Positions 28,138-43,432 of a stretch of 64,000 bases of DNA are shown here, piece by piece. The notes beneath the pieces were generated by a model, which had not been told where the DNA came from, made no database searches, and worked only from the letters and a program-made list of their open reading frames with translations. The stretch covers positions 17,112,001 to 17,176,000 of the forward strand of contig CM022665.1 of assembly GCA_012295275.1 (NCBI GenBank), written 5' to 3'. Each line of letters opens with the position of its first letter. Position 1 is the first letter of the stretch. Source of the DNA: Chrysomallon squamiferum (Eukaryota; Animalia; Mollusca). The translations under genes were made by a program, and so were the position numbers.

Positions 28138-28679
28138 AAGCACTAAAAAGACAGTTATTTGGTAGGACTTCAGTTTTGATAGGAAATAGGTCACCGAAGG
28201 GAAGTGGATTCTGGATCAAGCACAAATCAAAAGAACTTTTTATTACGAAGCAGCAACTCAACTCACTCCATTGATTATTTTTATGAAGACAAGCAGACAC
28301 TGAGCTGAAACGAAATCTGTAATTTTAATCGACTAATTTTGGTTATTAATATTCGTTTCACACGTCATTTCGGAATCCCTGGACCCCGTGAAAGACAGCA
28401 ATAGTCGGTAAACTCTGACACTGACCGATCATTATCCTAGTCCACGAAGTGCAAAACAGCCAAAAACGAGTCTCGAGCGACCTCTGTCGACAATTTAATA
28501 AGATTTGACGTGTTCCGGATTTTGTTGTTATTGTGTTACGCCAACAGTTACATGACAGCAATTTTTAATTTGTCTTTTTTTTTTCTTTCTTTATTATTAT
28601 TATTTTTATAAATAAAATTCAGTTTTCTTATATATTTTGTCTAGAAAGAAAACAGAAACTGACAAATCAATCTGTCTAT

Positions 28680-28728
<49 letters not shown>

Positions 28729-29048
28729 AACAAAAATTAAATTAAAAAATAAAGATATAAAGAAACAAATCCGATAAAGAATGAACGAGAAGAGAAATAA
28801 ATAAATAAATAAAAGAAGACCGAATGTGAGAAAGAAAAATCCGATAAAAATAAATGATGGAACGCATACAAAGAAAGAAGGAAACAGATTTTGTAATTAA
28901 ATAACAGAAGTATAGTTACGTGAACTGGTTAAAATCGAAACATTACTCCTATATGTTTATATCTTTTGGGTTATTTATTTATATATTTATTTATTATTAT
29001 TATTATCATTTACTTTTTATTTATTATTACTTTTTATTATTATATTAA

Positions 29049-29288
29049 ACTATACTATACTATACTATACTATACTATACTATACTATACTATACTATAC
29101 TATACTATACTATACTATACTATACTATATTATATTATATTATATTATATTATATTATATTATATTATATTATATTATATTATATTATATTATATTATAT
29201 TATATTATATTATATTATATTATATTATATTATATTATATTATATTATATTATATTATATTATATTATATTATATTATATTATATTAT
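29049..29288. repeat. Compound pentanucleotide array, (TATAC)n then (TATAT)n
   Basis: Seen directly. The unit changes once, near 29130. It explains ORF 28966..29358. Confidence 0.95.
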
Positions 29289-29297
29289 TTATTTTTT

Positions 29298-29329
<32 letters not shown>

Positions 29330-29984
29330 TTTTTTTTTTTTTAGTTACCATGTATTAATGTACTTCCGACGCACAGATTCGATCTCATTAAATTGCATCC
29401 AGGCCAGCAAACCCCTAGCCGGTTCTCGAATACTAAAACGGTACACAAGACAGACAAATAAAATCCTCACACACAAAGAATGACAATGCGCAGTCAATCA
29501 TCAGCATCTTCTTGCGCTCACCCACTGTGAATCTCCGAAGGGCGCCCGTATATGGCACCTACACTGGTTTCCCGCCGGAAATGTCTAAGACAGGAGATGT
29601 AAGTGGAAGAGCGCAAACAACGAAAACAATAAAGGTATCTCAAATAACCAGAAGTAGACTGAAGCCGTATGTCGGTGACCAGGTAATAATGCTGACAGAT
29701 TCACAGTGCTAAGCCAACTATATCAATTTAACTATAAGACGAAACAATACTCTTGTCTTGGCTTATCACTGAAGGAATTCAATTCGACTGAACAAGCTAT
29801 GTTTATGCATACTGTTTCCATATTAGAAGTTTTGGTTCAGAGACAGAGATCGAAAGGGGGTCATTTCACTGTGCTCGCACTTATTGTTATATGTTAATGA
29901 AGCAGTCAAGGTTAACAAATAATGAAACAATAGGGGATTACAGTATAGATTATTTCCCAAAAGACAAATAACTGACTTGTAACA

Positions 29985-30265
29985 TTTCACAACGAAATGG
30001 GAGACGGAATCAGCATATTCTGTTGGAGTTTTCTGTCCTGTCAAAAGGCGTATGTCAAAGACAAGTTGTTGGTATTTCCTAGGTTTTGGTGCCAACCTTC
30101 CACCAGTTCTTAATTGTAAAATTGCAGCTTCAACAAAGCCATGTTCTCTTTTAATCATATCTATGAATTTTAAAATGTTGGGATGACTGTTGCCCATCGT
30201 TTTCAGTTTTGAATGTCAACCCTCAACATGATTCGTAGTTCTGGCACCATTTTGGTAATCGCTGT
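29985..30265 (-). pseudogene. Degraded Mutator-like (MULE) transposase C-terminal fragment
   Basis: Minus frame DYQNGARTTNHVEG*HSKLKTMGNSHPNILKFIDMIKREH...RKYQQL...EYADSVSHF matches the MULE motif RT(N/T)NxxEGWH (containing the catalytic E) followed by HPNIxxFI. The Trp codon is mutated to TGA. Confidence 0.8.
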
Positions 30266-31040
30266 GTCCTATTTCACAACACCAAACATGTCGCAATAGG
30301 TTGTTTGTTTCTTACCAGGAAGCAATGCGTAGTCTAGGGGAGACATTTTCTGGTTTGACAAATACGTGTGTGGAGTATATCTGGTACATAGGTGTTTACA
30401 TGTATTACATGTAAGCTACAACATATTTAAGAACAGGCTTGGATTCTGAGTAAGTGTTCACTTTAATGACACTGACTATAGCACTGAAGCTTTCAGCCGT
30501 ATCACTTAATCCCTTACTAATCCCTACAGACTACGGGCACAGTGAGGTTAAACGAATGAAAGATGTATTTTGTTTGACTAAGTACGGATTAGTACCACTG
30601 TGCCTACATTCCATTTTGCGTACAGCTTATAACAACATAATTAGGGTCTTTAACTGGGGATTAATTGCTTCAGTGATTGTGACGTTCTACCTGTATGTAA
30701 GTCACAGCATTTTCATTATCTGTGTACATTCCAACCATAAATACTATAACGTTAAAAAGGTTATGTACGTCTACGAAGAGAAAAGATCTGAGCCTATGGA
30801 GAGTTAATAATCGTCGTCGTCGTCATCATCATCATCATCATCATCATACTTTTGTAACCGCTGTTCTAACCATTTTGTTATGGTGTTAAATGACTATATC
30901 TTTCTGAGGCAGATAGAAATACATTTTATATGCCATTTTGTTCCCCTAAATCTGATTTCTTTTAATTCCATTACTTGATTGATTCAGAAAATAATTATTG
31001 ATAACTTTTAGTACTGTAATACAGTTAGGTAATTGTTATG

Positions 31041-31109
<69 letters not shown>

Positions 31110-31754
31110 TAATAACAGTAAAAAGAAGAATATATGACTAATAATAAAATGAACAACCAAAAAGTTTGTTAGTTAATTTTCTATCCTTTCAAACGTTTAA
31201 TAATTGTAAGATTTAGTCTTAAGAGAAATCGTTTACATTGCAAACAAAGCATCCTTCACAATTACTTTCTCACAGAGCGAGGTAAAAGAAAACACATATC
31301 TTTAGAAACACAAGCCCGGCTGTGACGAGAAAAAACCAACAAAAAAAACCCCAAACAGACGCAGCTAGAAGGATCGATCCAGAAACTTCTCACACCTGAG
31401 AACACCACATCATTTTTCTGGAAGGAAATTAGAAATCGCAGGAATCATAATGACTTCATTAAATTTAGTAAACAAAAAAAAAAAATTGTCTTCTTGCAAT
31501 GGTAGGTTTTAGCCTTAGGAAACGAATTCACGAGAGTCCGAACGCCACAACCTGAGATAAAGATCTCACGCTGATACTGCGACTGCAAATATTTTCTTTT
31601 GTGTGTGTTAATCAGTTCATGTTTTATTTGTTCATTACAGCTCTGTGAAAATTACGTAATTTAAACGAATGGGTTAATATTTGTCTTACGCCTTCTCTGT
31701 ACATTTTAATATTTGCGATATTTAGACATCAAATAATAATAATAATAATAAAAT

Positions 31755-31799
<45 letters not shown>

Positions 31800-31801
<2 letters not shown>

Positions 31802-31865
31802 ATTCCCGTAGATTAGCAATAAGAGATCGTTTATAAATACCTTCCAGTAAACAGGAAACATTTAT
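31800..31865. mobile_element. Probable SINE core remnant
   Basis: GATTAGCAATAAGAGATCGTTTATAAATACCTTCCAGTAAACAGGA resembles the GATTAGCAGCAAGGGATCTTTTATATGCAC core of a gastropod SINE (from memory). Confidence 0.4.
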
Positions 31866-34772
31866 AATTTCATATCATTGGGTAAATGAGGAACGAGTCA
31901 TTATCCTGAAATATAAACAACAACAACAAGAAGAAAGAAAAAAAAAAATAGATGAGAGAAACAGTATACCCACGTTAATTAACGCACTGAAACATTTATA
32001 CATTTATACATATCTTGTAACGTATGCCTTGCTAACAGCACTCGACATTTGATGATGGAAAAACATCGAAGGCGAAGAATTCTGACAGTCGTGAGTTTTA
32101 GCGTACTCCGTCACAATCCACAAACGACCTGTTAGTGCACGAAGAGTCAGAAATCAGTTAACTGTTTCCTGGAATCAGTAACATAAAAATAAATGCGCAT
32201 GAATTTTGCGAGTGACACATATTCTTTTAAATTAAAATAAGTTCAAAAACAATTAAAAAAAACAACCAAAAACGGACTTGTGTTTGGTTAAATTAATTCA
32301 TTACGTCCGTATACCCTTTTTTTTTTGCAGACGGACGGATTGACGGACGGACCTGTTGTAGAACAAAACTGTATTTAATAAAATAGCACTTGTATATTTT
32401 TTATTTAAAAAATTGGTCATAATGGTACTTCGATATTTTTATTTTAAAAATAGGTCTAATTTCAAAATTATAAAAATATATTCCTTTGTTTTCTTAAAGC
32501 GAACTCTTCTAAGACGCCCTCCCCACTGTTAATTACATAACAGATTCCACATAGCACCAAATAAAATACCTAATTAAAATGTCATCTCGTTACACAGAAA
32601 AGAAAAGAACTATTTATGGTTCGGTGTGGTGATAATAGTTGCTCGTTTGATACAATTTTATTATAAGGACGCACATTTATTTATGAGCCCTCTGTACCGT
32701 AAGAAAACGAAAATAATTTTTTCTTTCTGGAAATGTACTCGAAATATCTTTGTTTAAGAGCAAACACTGAAAGATGAAACATTTATGACAAAATTTCGTA
32801 ATAAATAGATTATATAAAGATTTTGGCAAACTCCGCGGTATGTCCTGTGCTGAATGGTAATTCTCATACGTTTATTAAAAGGGAAGTCGTTTAATTTTTT
32901 CAGCTTTTACCTGTAGACGATATTTTGCTTCCTTCTCTGACTTAGTACATATGAAAGAATTCTTTCTTCGTTGTTGAAATAAATGTATTGTATTCCTTTT
33001 CGTGAGTGTGATTATGTCTCAACCATCCAACATTCGTAATCCAGCATCTGTTTGCTTAAAGTTAATCAAAGTTCTCTTTTGTTATATTTAATCAATAGAA
33101 AATTTAATTTTGAAATGAACTTCTGATTTCTATTACTTCATTCAGTGACTTGTATGGATTAACTGTAAGTAATAATATGTTGGATGTCAAGCGTATATGA
33201 ATTCATACGTATTTTCTACATGTTTTCGTCATTTTTTAAAGTTTATTATGAATTTTGCTTCGAATAGCAAAGTATACACAAATATGTTTGATTACTATTT
33301 GGAACGGGAAAGTGGCTGTTCAGAGCACAGTGATGATGTGACTCATTACACAGGAGACTTTCATTAACATACCATTTCACTAACCTACTTAATTCCTTAA
33401 TTATTGATCAATACAAATAAATAAATAAATTACTCTGGAAATCAACCAAATAATTTCTCAATCATTTACCTCTAGTGTATAAGTCAATTACCACATTTAA
33501 TATGACCATAAAAGTTAGTTTGACGAAATCTTGAAATAAATAAATATTTTGAAAAAAAGAAAGAAAAAGAAGCAATGAACAGATATTGCATCATAACGAC
33601 GTACAATTTTGTTGGACCTATGTAAACTATGCAGTATTGATCAGAGTTACGATATTTTAGTTAATACAATATAGCTCTGTTTAAAACTACTTTGGGGGAA
33701 CTGATGCTTAAAGAATTGAAAACACTGTATTAAACATTTATAAATCGTTTGTGTGTTGAGGAAACCAAAGTAATAGCTATGAACTTCACATTTCGTGGTG
33801 TTAAAACTAAAATAAAATATTTAGACCAACACAAATTCACCTAAAATTTGTATTCCTTTATTTTTTAATTTTTTTTTCGCCTGAAATCAAATTACCGTTC
33901 GATTTTTTCATTCAGAAGTGAAGACGATTCCTGAAACAAGCAAGTAACGAACTGCGCATGACCAACCGAGGTTACTGTAGAACAAACAATCATATATGCT
34001 TTAATTAAATTGTTATTTTGACACATTAAATCCAAATCGCTAAGTTGTGTTTTAAAAGATCAACTGTTTCACTCAGTATAAGCGTTGTAAAAACAGCTTC
34101 CGAAACACTAGCCACCTAGCGTCAAATCTCTTACGCTTTTCAAACCCGGAAGTACGGAAATGTTAAGCTTACGGTGTATCAAAGTATTTGTACATTATTA
34201 GTTCTCTCCTTTTTTTAACATACACAGATATTTAATAAATAAATAAAACGGAAAATATAGCGATTATAAAAAACAAATGTAAGGAAGTCAAGTTGAAGAA
34301 AAAATAAAAGAAAAAGAAAAATAAGGATTACAAACACACTGGAGATTTTAACGACTGAATTAGTAAAAACGCTCTAAGCACGATTACTGAACTCAGATAT
34401 ATATATCTGAGTTCATTAATCGTATATATATATATAAAGAAAAACAAAACAAAATACATCAACCAACAAAATAATAAAAATAAAAAAACCCCACAAAAAA
34501 CAACAACAACAAACATACTCAAGCATAAACTCAAGCCTAGCTGTAAAATGCTTGCCACAGTAAGATGACAATTCGATCGTAATAAGAACGCCATTTGGAT
34601 TATTTCCAGTTCTAACCACTGTTTAAATTCATGATACGAAATTAAATAAAGATTTATATCCAAGATTCCTTGGTACCAGCATTACAAAATGTTAAAGCAA
34701 TGTTAGTTATATCTGAACAAAATGTCGCCTGTACTTCAGAATTATTTATTAGTGGGAAACATAACGACACAA

Positions 34773-35145
34773 TTACTACATCGACTACCACTACTTCTAC
34801 TACCACCACTACTACTACCAAGACTACTACCACTAATACTACTTCTACTACCACCACACTAACATTATTACCACTACTACTACAACTACTACTGCTACTA
34901 CTGCCATTGTTATAATACAACTACTACTACTACTACTACAACTGCAACTACAACCCGTACCACTCACTATTAACACTACTGTTATTGCTACTACGACTAT
35001 TACTCCTACTATTACCACTACTATTATTATCATTACTACTACTATTACTATTGCTATTAATACTTTCTACAACTGCTGCTGCTGCTACTACTACTACTAC
35101 TACTACTACTGATACTAATTCTATTAGTACAACTACTAATAATAA
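34773..35145. repeat. Degenerate (CTA/CCA/CTG)n trinucleotide tract
   Basis: Seen directly. It explains the poly-T/V/L/S ORFs at 34654..35190. Confidence 0.9.
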
Positions 35146-36704
35146 TCTCCTAGTCATATCACTGCGTAGACTATAATTTGTAATTAACAAAGTTCCAGTA
35201 GTAGTAAGTAATAATTTTATTTACTCCTTCATCCTTCTTAACTTTGATATTCTTTTTTTTTTTTTTTCATCTTTTTTTCTCTTTCTCACTCTCATTCATC
35301 AGTTTGTCACGCTGTCTTGTCTGTCTGTCTCTCTGTCGCCTTATTAGTACGTCGATCTGTCTTTCTGTTACTCAATAACTCTTTACCAGCACGACAGATC
35401 CAGTGTTTTATAAAAGTTTGAGGGGGGTGCCATTAGTGTGACTGATATAATTTTCACGAAGACATATATAGAGAGAAAAAAAAATCGATTGATAAAAGTA
35501 GTAAGTTAGTGTTCAGCGGATATTCCCCTCCCCGGAATCCGCCTGCAGTCATTAGTAAGATTTCTTCTTAATTCATCTTCTCAAACAGTTTCAATGGCGT
35601 ACGCTATTAAAACGTTAGATACCTCATCAGTCACCTGTTAACCGTACAATCTTCAGTGCTTCAGAAGAACAACGGAGCGAAATAAATATGAAATTTGGTG
35701 CGTAAGGTTAGTTATCTCGAATTTAAAGGGAAATCATACAGACAAAGTTATTTACCGTGAAAGCTGATCGAAATAATTAGTCAAATTTTATAATCTTTTA
35801 ATACGAAATTTCAGTGAAGCAACACTACAACAAAACACTAAACCAATGCATCCTTATTTTTCAAACAACATCAACAGCAATAAAATCAATTAAAATTAGT
35901 TTTAAATGTTTCAAGGGAAGATACTAGTCATGTTTGTAATGTCGGATCGTGAATATTATGATTTTGGTGAAAATTACCTGTGGTGATACGAAGAGATACT
36001 ATTTTAAATATGCTCGTCACACTTCCAGTTATATTTTATTTGTTATTTTGTAATTCATTCCTAATGTCTAACTTTACTGCAACAAAAGAAAAAAGAGAGT
36101 AAAGTCAGTTTTTCAGCTTCGCAGTATGGCGGCGTTCAGATGTTTTATAAGAGTATTATTTTATTGTCATTTTTTTTTTATTGCAGTACAGGTACATCTC
36201 GGCAAATTTGATTTCCGTGTCAGATTTTTATTTACGAATTAGGAAACAGAATGACTGTTATCTGGATAGCTCAAAGCTAATAAATGAAATTACGCGTTAA
36301 GTGATTTAAAATACTGTCTTTCGACTTATTAAAGTTTACCTTGTTTCCATGGTAAATGTTCTAACGAATTACGTCATTGTTGAAAAGCTTATAATTATCT
36401 GAGATCATCTTCAGTATTCGATTAAAGCAGTGTGTATCTTGTTAGACAACATAAACGTTGTTACACTGTTACCATGGTAACCAAGCTTAAAAGAAAAAGA
36501 AAAAGAAAATTATGATGACGTAGAGTACATCCTCGATTTTTATGTTGCTAATTAAAAACTTCCCACAAACAGAAATGAAATGTATGCTAATGACTTATTA
36601 ATTTACATGAATACTGAAGAAATGTACAGTAACTGAAATATTAATATTTCAGTTACATTTTATCTCTGTTTATGATGATTTGAATTCATCAAAATAATAA
36701 TAAC

Positions 36705-36759
<55 letters not shown>

Positions 36760-38047
36760 TGTTTTAGACTTTACTGTCAATTACAATTTGAGATTCGCTC
36801 AAACTTCCATTAAACCGCACCACATAATGTTTGGAATCTACAATTTGTCAGACCTGTCGAAAAACAGTTTTAAATTAAATACATTTTACGATATTGTTCC
36901 ATTCTGTCACGTTTTCAATAAGTATTTGTCAAAGAGAATAAACAATATCTCATATGTAATCAGATATTTAACAAAATCCACAAAATTTTATATTCTCTTG
37001 GACAGACAGTTTAAAATATTAAATGGAAATTTGACACAATGGAAACAATATAGTTGTGGTTAACTAGTATTAGATATTAGTAAATAATTTAAAGTCAGGC
37101 TTGTGCACACAGTGACTAAGCCTTCTGTTTCTCGTTTGCTAGAGAGTGTGTTCATATCTTGACACCGACCCTCAGATAACAGAAACTGTACTGGATGACT
37201 GATTCTTGTTTTTTTCTTTTTTTTAAATTTGTTAATTTTTTTTTTATTATTATTATTCATATATTCATTTATTCATTCATTCATTTAATTTAATTTAATT
37301 TTAATAATAATTTTTTTATTATTATTCATTTATTTTTTCATTCATTCATTTAATTTTATTTTATATATATTTTTTCATTCATTCATTTAATTTTATTTTA
37401 TATATATTTTTTTAATTATTATTATTTTCTTCTTGTTGTTGTTTTCATTCAGTATTTATTTTTGTAGAGAAAAATATTTATCTCCTTTTTTACTAAGCGA
37501 TAATTTGCGTCCAAAACAATATTTTCAACATTCATAAAATTAGCAAAATCATACATTCTTGAACATTTTGGTACTTTTTAGAATATTGTAAACCTTGTTA
37601 GAATTTTTCAACGGCTGAAACATTTTCAGTGCTTTTCTAGAATGTTCTGGTACGTTATTTTTTTTATGCTCTGAAATCTTGAAAAGCTTTTTAGGATGTT
37701 TTAAAATGTTTAATGTTTAGGCCCACAAGTCCGTAAATCAACTTATTATTTTTTAAAGCAATAAACGACTTCATTGCGAGACTGATTTTATTCTGCCAGT
37801 TCAAATTATTACGTTTGTGTAGTCTGTATTAGCCAAAGGCAAATAAAGAAAACAGGAATTAAAGTTTATGAATTGTGCTTTCGGATGATGAAAAATAAAG
37901 ACGCCATACATTTCTCCAGTTTTAAAAATAGAACCTGTATAATGCTTACATATGTTTACTTCACGATAAAAAAAAAAAAAAATTCGTGTGTCTGATTTAC
38001 TTTTCTATATATTACTCTTTCATTCTGAGCTCTTTTCTTTTCTTTCA

Positions 38048-38134
<87 letters not shown>

Positions 38135-40373
38135 GATAAATTACCCTGCAAATCTCAGTTTAGAGAGAGAGAGAAAAAGTATTTACTGTTACTTTAAAAA
38201 TCAATATTAGATCACTGGCGTTTCATCAAACCATTACGACTGCTTTGAAGCAAATTGAATCATAAATAATTTTCCAAAAAGGATTTGGAATATTAAAAAC
38301 CTGAAAAAAACAAATGAAGAAAAAACAGATGATGTAAAAGGAGATGATGATAATAAAATTATTTTGTTCTTTATTAAGTTATAAAGAAATTTAGCTTTGT
38401 CGATCGCTTAAAGATCACTGATTGAATTTCTTTTTTATCAATGGCTGCTCTAAGAGATAAATTAAAAAAGTGAACAAATAGATATATATATATATTTTAA
38501 AGAACTGAATTTGTAGATCATTAATATTCTAAAAAAATAAAGAAACTACCTTCTTTAGCTATTATTATCATTATTATTATTATAATTAACTGTTTTTTTT
38601 GTTTTATTTTGTTGTTGTTGTTGTTTTGCTCACCAAAATGAGAGAGATATTCTTCAAAGGTTTATTAAATGGGAGCAGTTGTATTATTTTTTTTCTGTTA
38701 TCGAAATATTTTTGGTCCAAAACAATCACTTAAACATTTTCTCCAAATTTTTAATCGTAGTAAATATACTTCATATACTTTCAAACTTTCTCGTCTCAGG
38801 CGTGAAGGGGACTAGGGTCAGTCCTTGTTGGTGCGACGTTTTGATTATTTCTCTGTTTGGCCAGTGCCGTATATCTATCCTGTCAAAGGCTGTTTTCCTG
38901 TTTATGACAAAGTGGATACTTACAGCTCTCTTGCTACGAGAAGGTAGCCCACTGTGTGCAAACTGAGAAAAAGAAAAATACAAAACAAATTACGTTAAAA
39001 AACAGTCTGGTGTAATTGTATTCAATCTTTTAAACTGCCATAGTTAATGCACCTTTAACTGTTGGTTTAGAATCCTCAGCACGCCATCAACCGGAAGGTA
39101 AAAAAAGAAACAACCATTTAAAAAAAGTTTTTTTTGAAATTTTTAAAATTTTTCGTAAAGCAGTAAGTTTGAAATAATCTGGGCTGGGTAAATTAAACAA
39201 TTTTTTCCAAATACTTGGCAAGGAATTAAACCATTTTGAAAAAACAGTAAGAAAGGGAATGCTTAGTTTATAACCGATAACGTGAATTCTCGATTTAATC
39301 GAGAAATCATAGCTGTAGCTGTTACGTTTGTAAACATTTGTAACCATGACAAGAATTGTAAAATTTGTATTAGTGTTTGCTTCAAGTAGACATTTTTATT
39401 AACAACACCAACATAACATTTAGTAATTTCCAGACAATATCAATGTATTTCTAGTCCAGTCGTGAAATCTAACTTTGTCAAAGAGTCGGGTTGCACGTAA
39501 TCAAAGACTGGACTATTTCCAATTCCAAAGTAAACAACTAATTTCCAAATTATTCGCTTTCCTTTTAACATGGACGTGATTATACAAAATTCTTGCTGTT
39601 TAAAGTTTAAATATATCGGTTTGTAGATGATGACTTGTAATCATGTTATAAGCTAGCAATTAAAAGAAAATTTGCAAAATCTCAAAGTCGAAAATCAGTT
39701 AGTGTTGCTAACATAACTAATTTCTTATTAGAGATTGTGACCATCACAACCGTGCATGAACTATTAGACTTAATACCAGAAAGTTAACTAAATATCACTT
39801 CAAAGTTTACGTTTATTTACATCAGCTATTCATCAATATATGTGTGCTTCCGTTTATCCTTTTATACTGCCTTTCATCGTTACTCTTATCTTTCCTTTTC
39901 TTCTTCTTTTATTTTTCTTATTTGATGAATATGATCACATCAAAGCCGTTTAGCAACCGATAATATCCGACTGCAGCTACTTTCAGTAATTCTCGGAACC
40001 GTCCTATTTTAGACCATAATTTCGAATGGGAATATTACTTCCACGAATAGGACCTTCATCTAACGATATTTCTTACAACAGTTATATCTATGTATATCTT
40101 CAAGAAGAGAAATGAAAACATCTCATACGACTGTCTCCCCAGGAGCTCAGCTGGTACAGTCTGTTTGAAGTTTCATACTTTTGACGTCCTCTCCTGGATC
40201 AAAGACGTTGATTAGATATATATCATACTTTTATCGCCTAGTTACGCGTGTTGCATCTTCAGACAAAGGCCAGATCGTCTGCCTTTTAGTCTTATCCATT
40301 TTACACTTAAGAAAACTAAATTTGACGAAAGTAATATATAGCTTATACTGAACAGTAGTTAAAACTCTAAGAA

Positions 40374-40497
40374 ATATTAAATATACCGCCATTATATTAA
40401 TGTAGGTTATAGTAATATATCGTTTACTGATATAATATATGGACAGCATTAAAACTGTAACAGATATTAAATATACAGCCATTATATTAATATAGGT
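40374..40497. repeat. Diverged direct repeat, period about 90 bp
   Basis: ATATTAAATATAC(C/A)GCCATTATATTAAT(G/A)TAGGT at about 40374 and 40464. Confidence 0.8.
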
Positions 40498-40726
40498 GAC
40501 TTGCTATCAAGAATGATGGTTTATTCTAAAATGAATGATGTTGTTGATACTAAAATGTGTTTTACAACACAAGGTTTAGAATCAGCTTAACGCAGATAAA
40601 TGTATAATTGATGTAAAATTTAAGAGAGCCAGCTAACTTTATTATAGATTTGATTTTGTGTTAGATTAAAGTGAATAGCTGACATATTCAAGACTTTCCT
40701 TTTTCTTTTTTTTTTTTTTTTTTTCT

Positions 40727-40806
<80 letters not shown>

Positions 40807-40974
40807 ATAAAATTTCAACTATTATTATAAAAAATCAGTAATGCCTATATTTTAACTTTTGTTTGTTTTACTTCGATCTTTGGCTTGTTGTTGTTTTGGT
40901 GTTTTTTTAACCCAAAAATCCGTAATCATTTACTACCGGGAATTTTATTTTATTTATTTATTTACATAATTTTT

Positions 40975-41008
<34 letters not shown>

Positions 41009-41293
41009 GGAGCAAATCGAATACTTTTTCATAACACTAGGGTGGTGTTTACTGCTGTCTACGAAGAGAACAAAAAAAAAAAAAAAAGAATAAAAAAAAG
41101 TGCACTCGGCTGATTAATTGTCCGGGAAATAACTTCAGGTTCACAGTGTGTCAGACACAGCGTCACTAAATGTTGAAGTAAACACGTACTTAATTAGGTC
41201 GTTTGAGATAGTTCTGATAAATAATTTAATGGTACTTGTAGAAGGAACCAGCTGATAATGTAAACTTCCTAGCTGTTGTTGCTGCTATTATTA

Positions 41294-41332
<39 letters not shown>

Positions 41333-41376
41333 TTAAATGATGAAGATGATGAAGATAGTAAGTATAATTATCATAA

Positions 41377-41419
<43 letters not shown>

Positions 41420-43281
41420 AGCAACACTGAAAGAATTAGAAACGTAAACTTCATAAAGCAAAAAAAAAAAAAAAAAAAAAAAATACAAACAGAATCCACA
41501 CACATATATCCCCCCAAAAATAAAAAGAACAAAAGAAAGAAAGAAAAGTTTGGTAAGAAAATAAAGAAAATATATAAAATTGTCTTCTTTCTGCTGAGCA
41601 CCAGGGAGCGAACCCAGTACTTAACAATCCTGAGAAGTATACATTTTTTTCAATCTCAAGTCAATCATACACAATGTCACTGAACTTTAGCCCCTCCTCT
41701 TATCCCCACTAAACTGAACCTTGGGTTCATCTGAAACAAGAAACTCTGTTCGAAATAACCACTATTTGGTTTTTGTTTTTCAGATATAAATATTACATTT
41801 AGGCTTGACAGTTTATTGTATTTTTAAAACTGTTTGTAGATTTTTTTATGTCTGCGAGATTTTTAGTTCAGCTAAAGCAGTTTTCTCAGTGAACGATTTA
41901 CAGTAACATTAACTTGCAGCATCAAAATAATGTTTTTGTGTTATATATAATAAGTAAATACTACTACTAATAATAGTAATAATGATAATAATAATACCAC
42001 CACAACAACCACTACCACCACATACAACAACAGCAGCAGCAGCAAAAAGAACAACAACAACAACAACAATAATAATAATAATAATAATAATAAAATGTAA
42101 ATAAATGAAGAGACGTAACCCTGGTTGAAACTTTAAAATATGACATAGGATAGTGCTGCAGGTGTTACAGAAAAACGTTTTTAATCAGACATTACGAAAC
42201 AGATTATAATTTGAATATATGTTACAAATTGCTTAGTGTGAATGCGGCTTTATTATTATTATTTTGTGTGTGTGTGTGTGCGAAATGCAATATTAGAAAC
42301 ATTACACTCTTTTGACATTAAACACAAATTATTACCTTTTCGAGAAAACACGAAACCTTTTTTCCAGGTTATTAAACCAACTCTTATAGTTTATAACTCG
42401 TAAAGTTTTTCATTTGAGAGAGTTAATGAACTTTTAGCGTAGACTTTCTTTTCTTTTTTCACTCTTTTCTTGTTTTTCTTCTACTTCTTTCTTCTTCTTC
42501 GTAATGATGATTAATATTCTTCATTCTTTCTCGTTTTTTCTCGTTTTCTTATTCTCTCTCTTTCAGTACACTTTTTAAAAATCTTTTTCCTTCATCTTGT
42601 TTCTTCTGCCTTAATTGTGTTTAATGGTTACGAATAAAGCATTCTTTTTCAGTTTTAAAAGCAAAACAAAACTACACTTGCATCTGATGAAACGTACAGA
42701 AGAATGATATCACAGAAATGTCAGTTCCAGTTAATTTGAAAGAGAAAGAAAGAGTCACGTACTTAGAAAAGAGTTTATAATTTGTTCAGCTTTCAAGCCG
42801 CGTTTAAAAAAGATGAAGACTAAAGAGGAAAAATTAACAAGAACAAGAAGAAGTTGAAGAAGAAGAAAAAGAAGAAGAAGAAGAAGAAGGATGAAGTAGA
42901 ATAAGAAAAAGTAGAAGAAGAAGAAAGATATTTAGAAAATTGCAGTGTACATCTGGCTCAGATCTATTTTAGATCTTCGTGCGTGCATTCACCTTTGTAA
43001 TTAAAACTGAATCTGGGAAAATGATTGAAATGTGCTGATATTTAATTAACAATATGTTTCGATATTTCACATAGAAAATATCATACTGTAATTATATTAG
43101 TCAGGCACGATAAAAAAAAAAAAATTCTGAATAATTTTGTCAAACAGGTCTTTAGTTTGTGTGAGTTAATTGTAATGTAGGTCACTGAGGTTTTCTTTTC
43201 TTCCTGTTAATTTTAAAATTTCTTTTCTTTTATTTTTTCCTCTGTCTGTTTTTTTTTAAATTTTACTTCATAATGCATATT

Positions 43282-43362
<81 letters not shown>

Positions 43363-43432
43363 TGTCTGTGTCAAATATTTGTATTAATATGATTATTATA
43401 ATTTATATTTTGGATTAAAATTTCTATATTTA

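Noticed and set aside
32830-32852. TCCTGTGCTG matching the end of the 54-bp TIR
   Set aside because: Only 10 bp match and no partner end was found.
39087-39560. Possible LINE (CR1-like) 3' end remnant on the minus strand (WFNSLPS...PSPDYFK)
   Set aside because: Only a few residues resemble the WNSLP motif, which is too weak without a search.
40140-40200. tRNA gene (AGCTCAGCTGGTA, box A-like)
   Set aside because: There is no B box or cloverleaf. At most it is a SINE head scrap.
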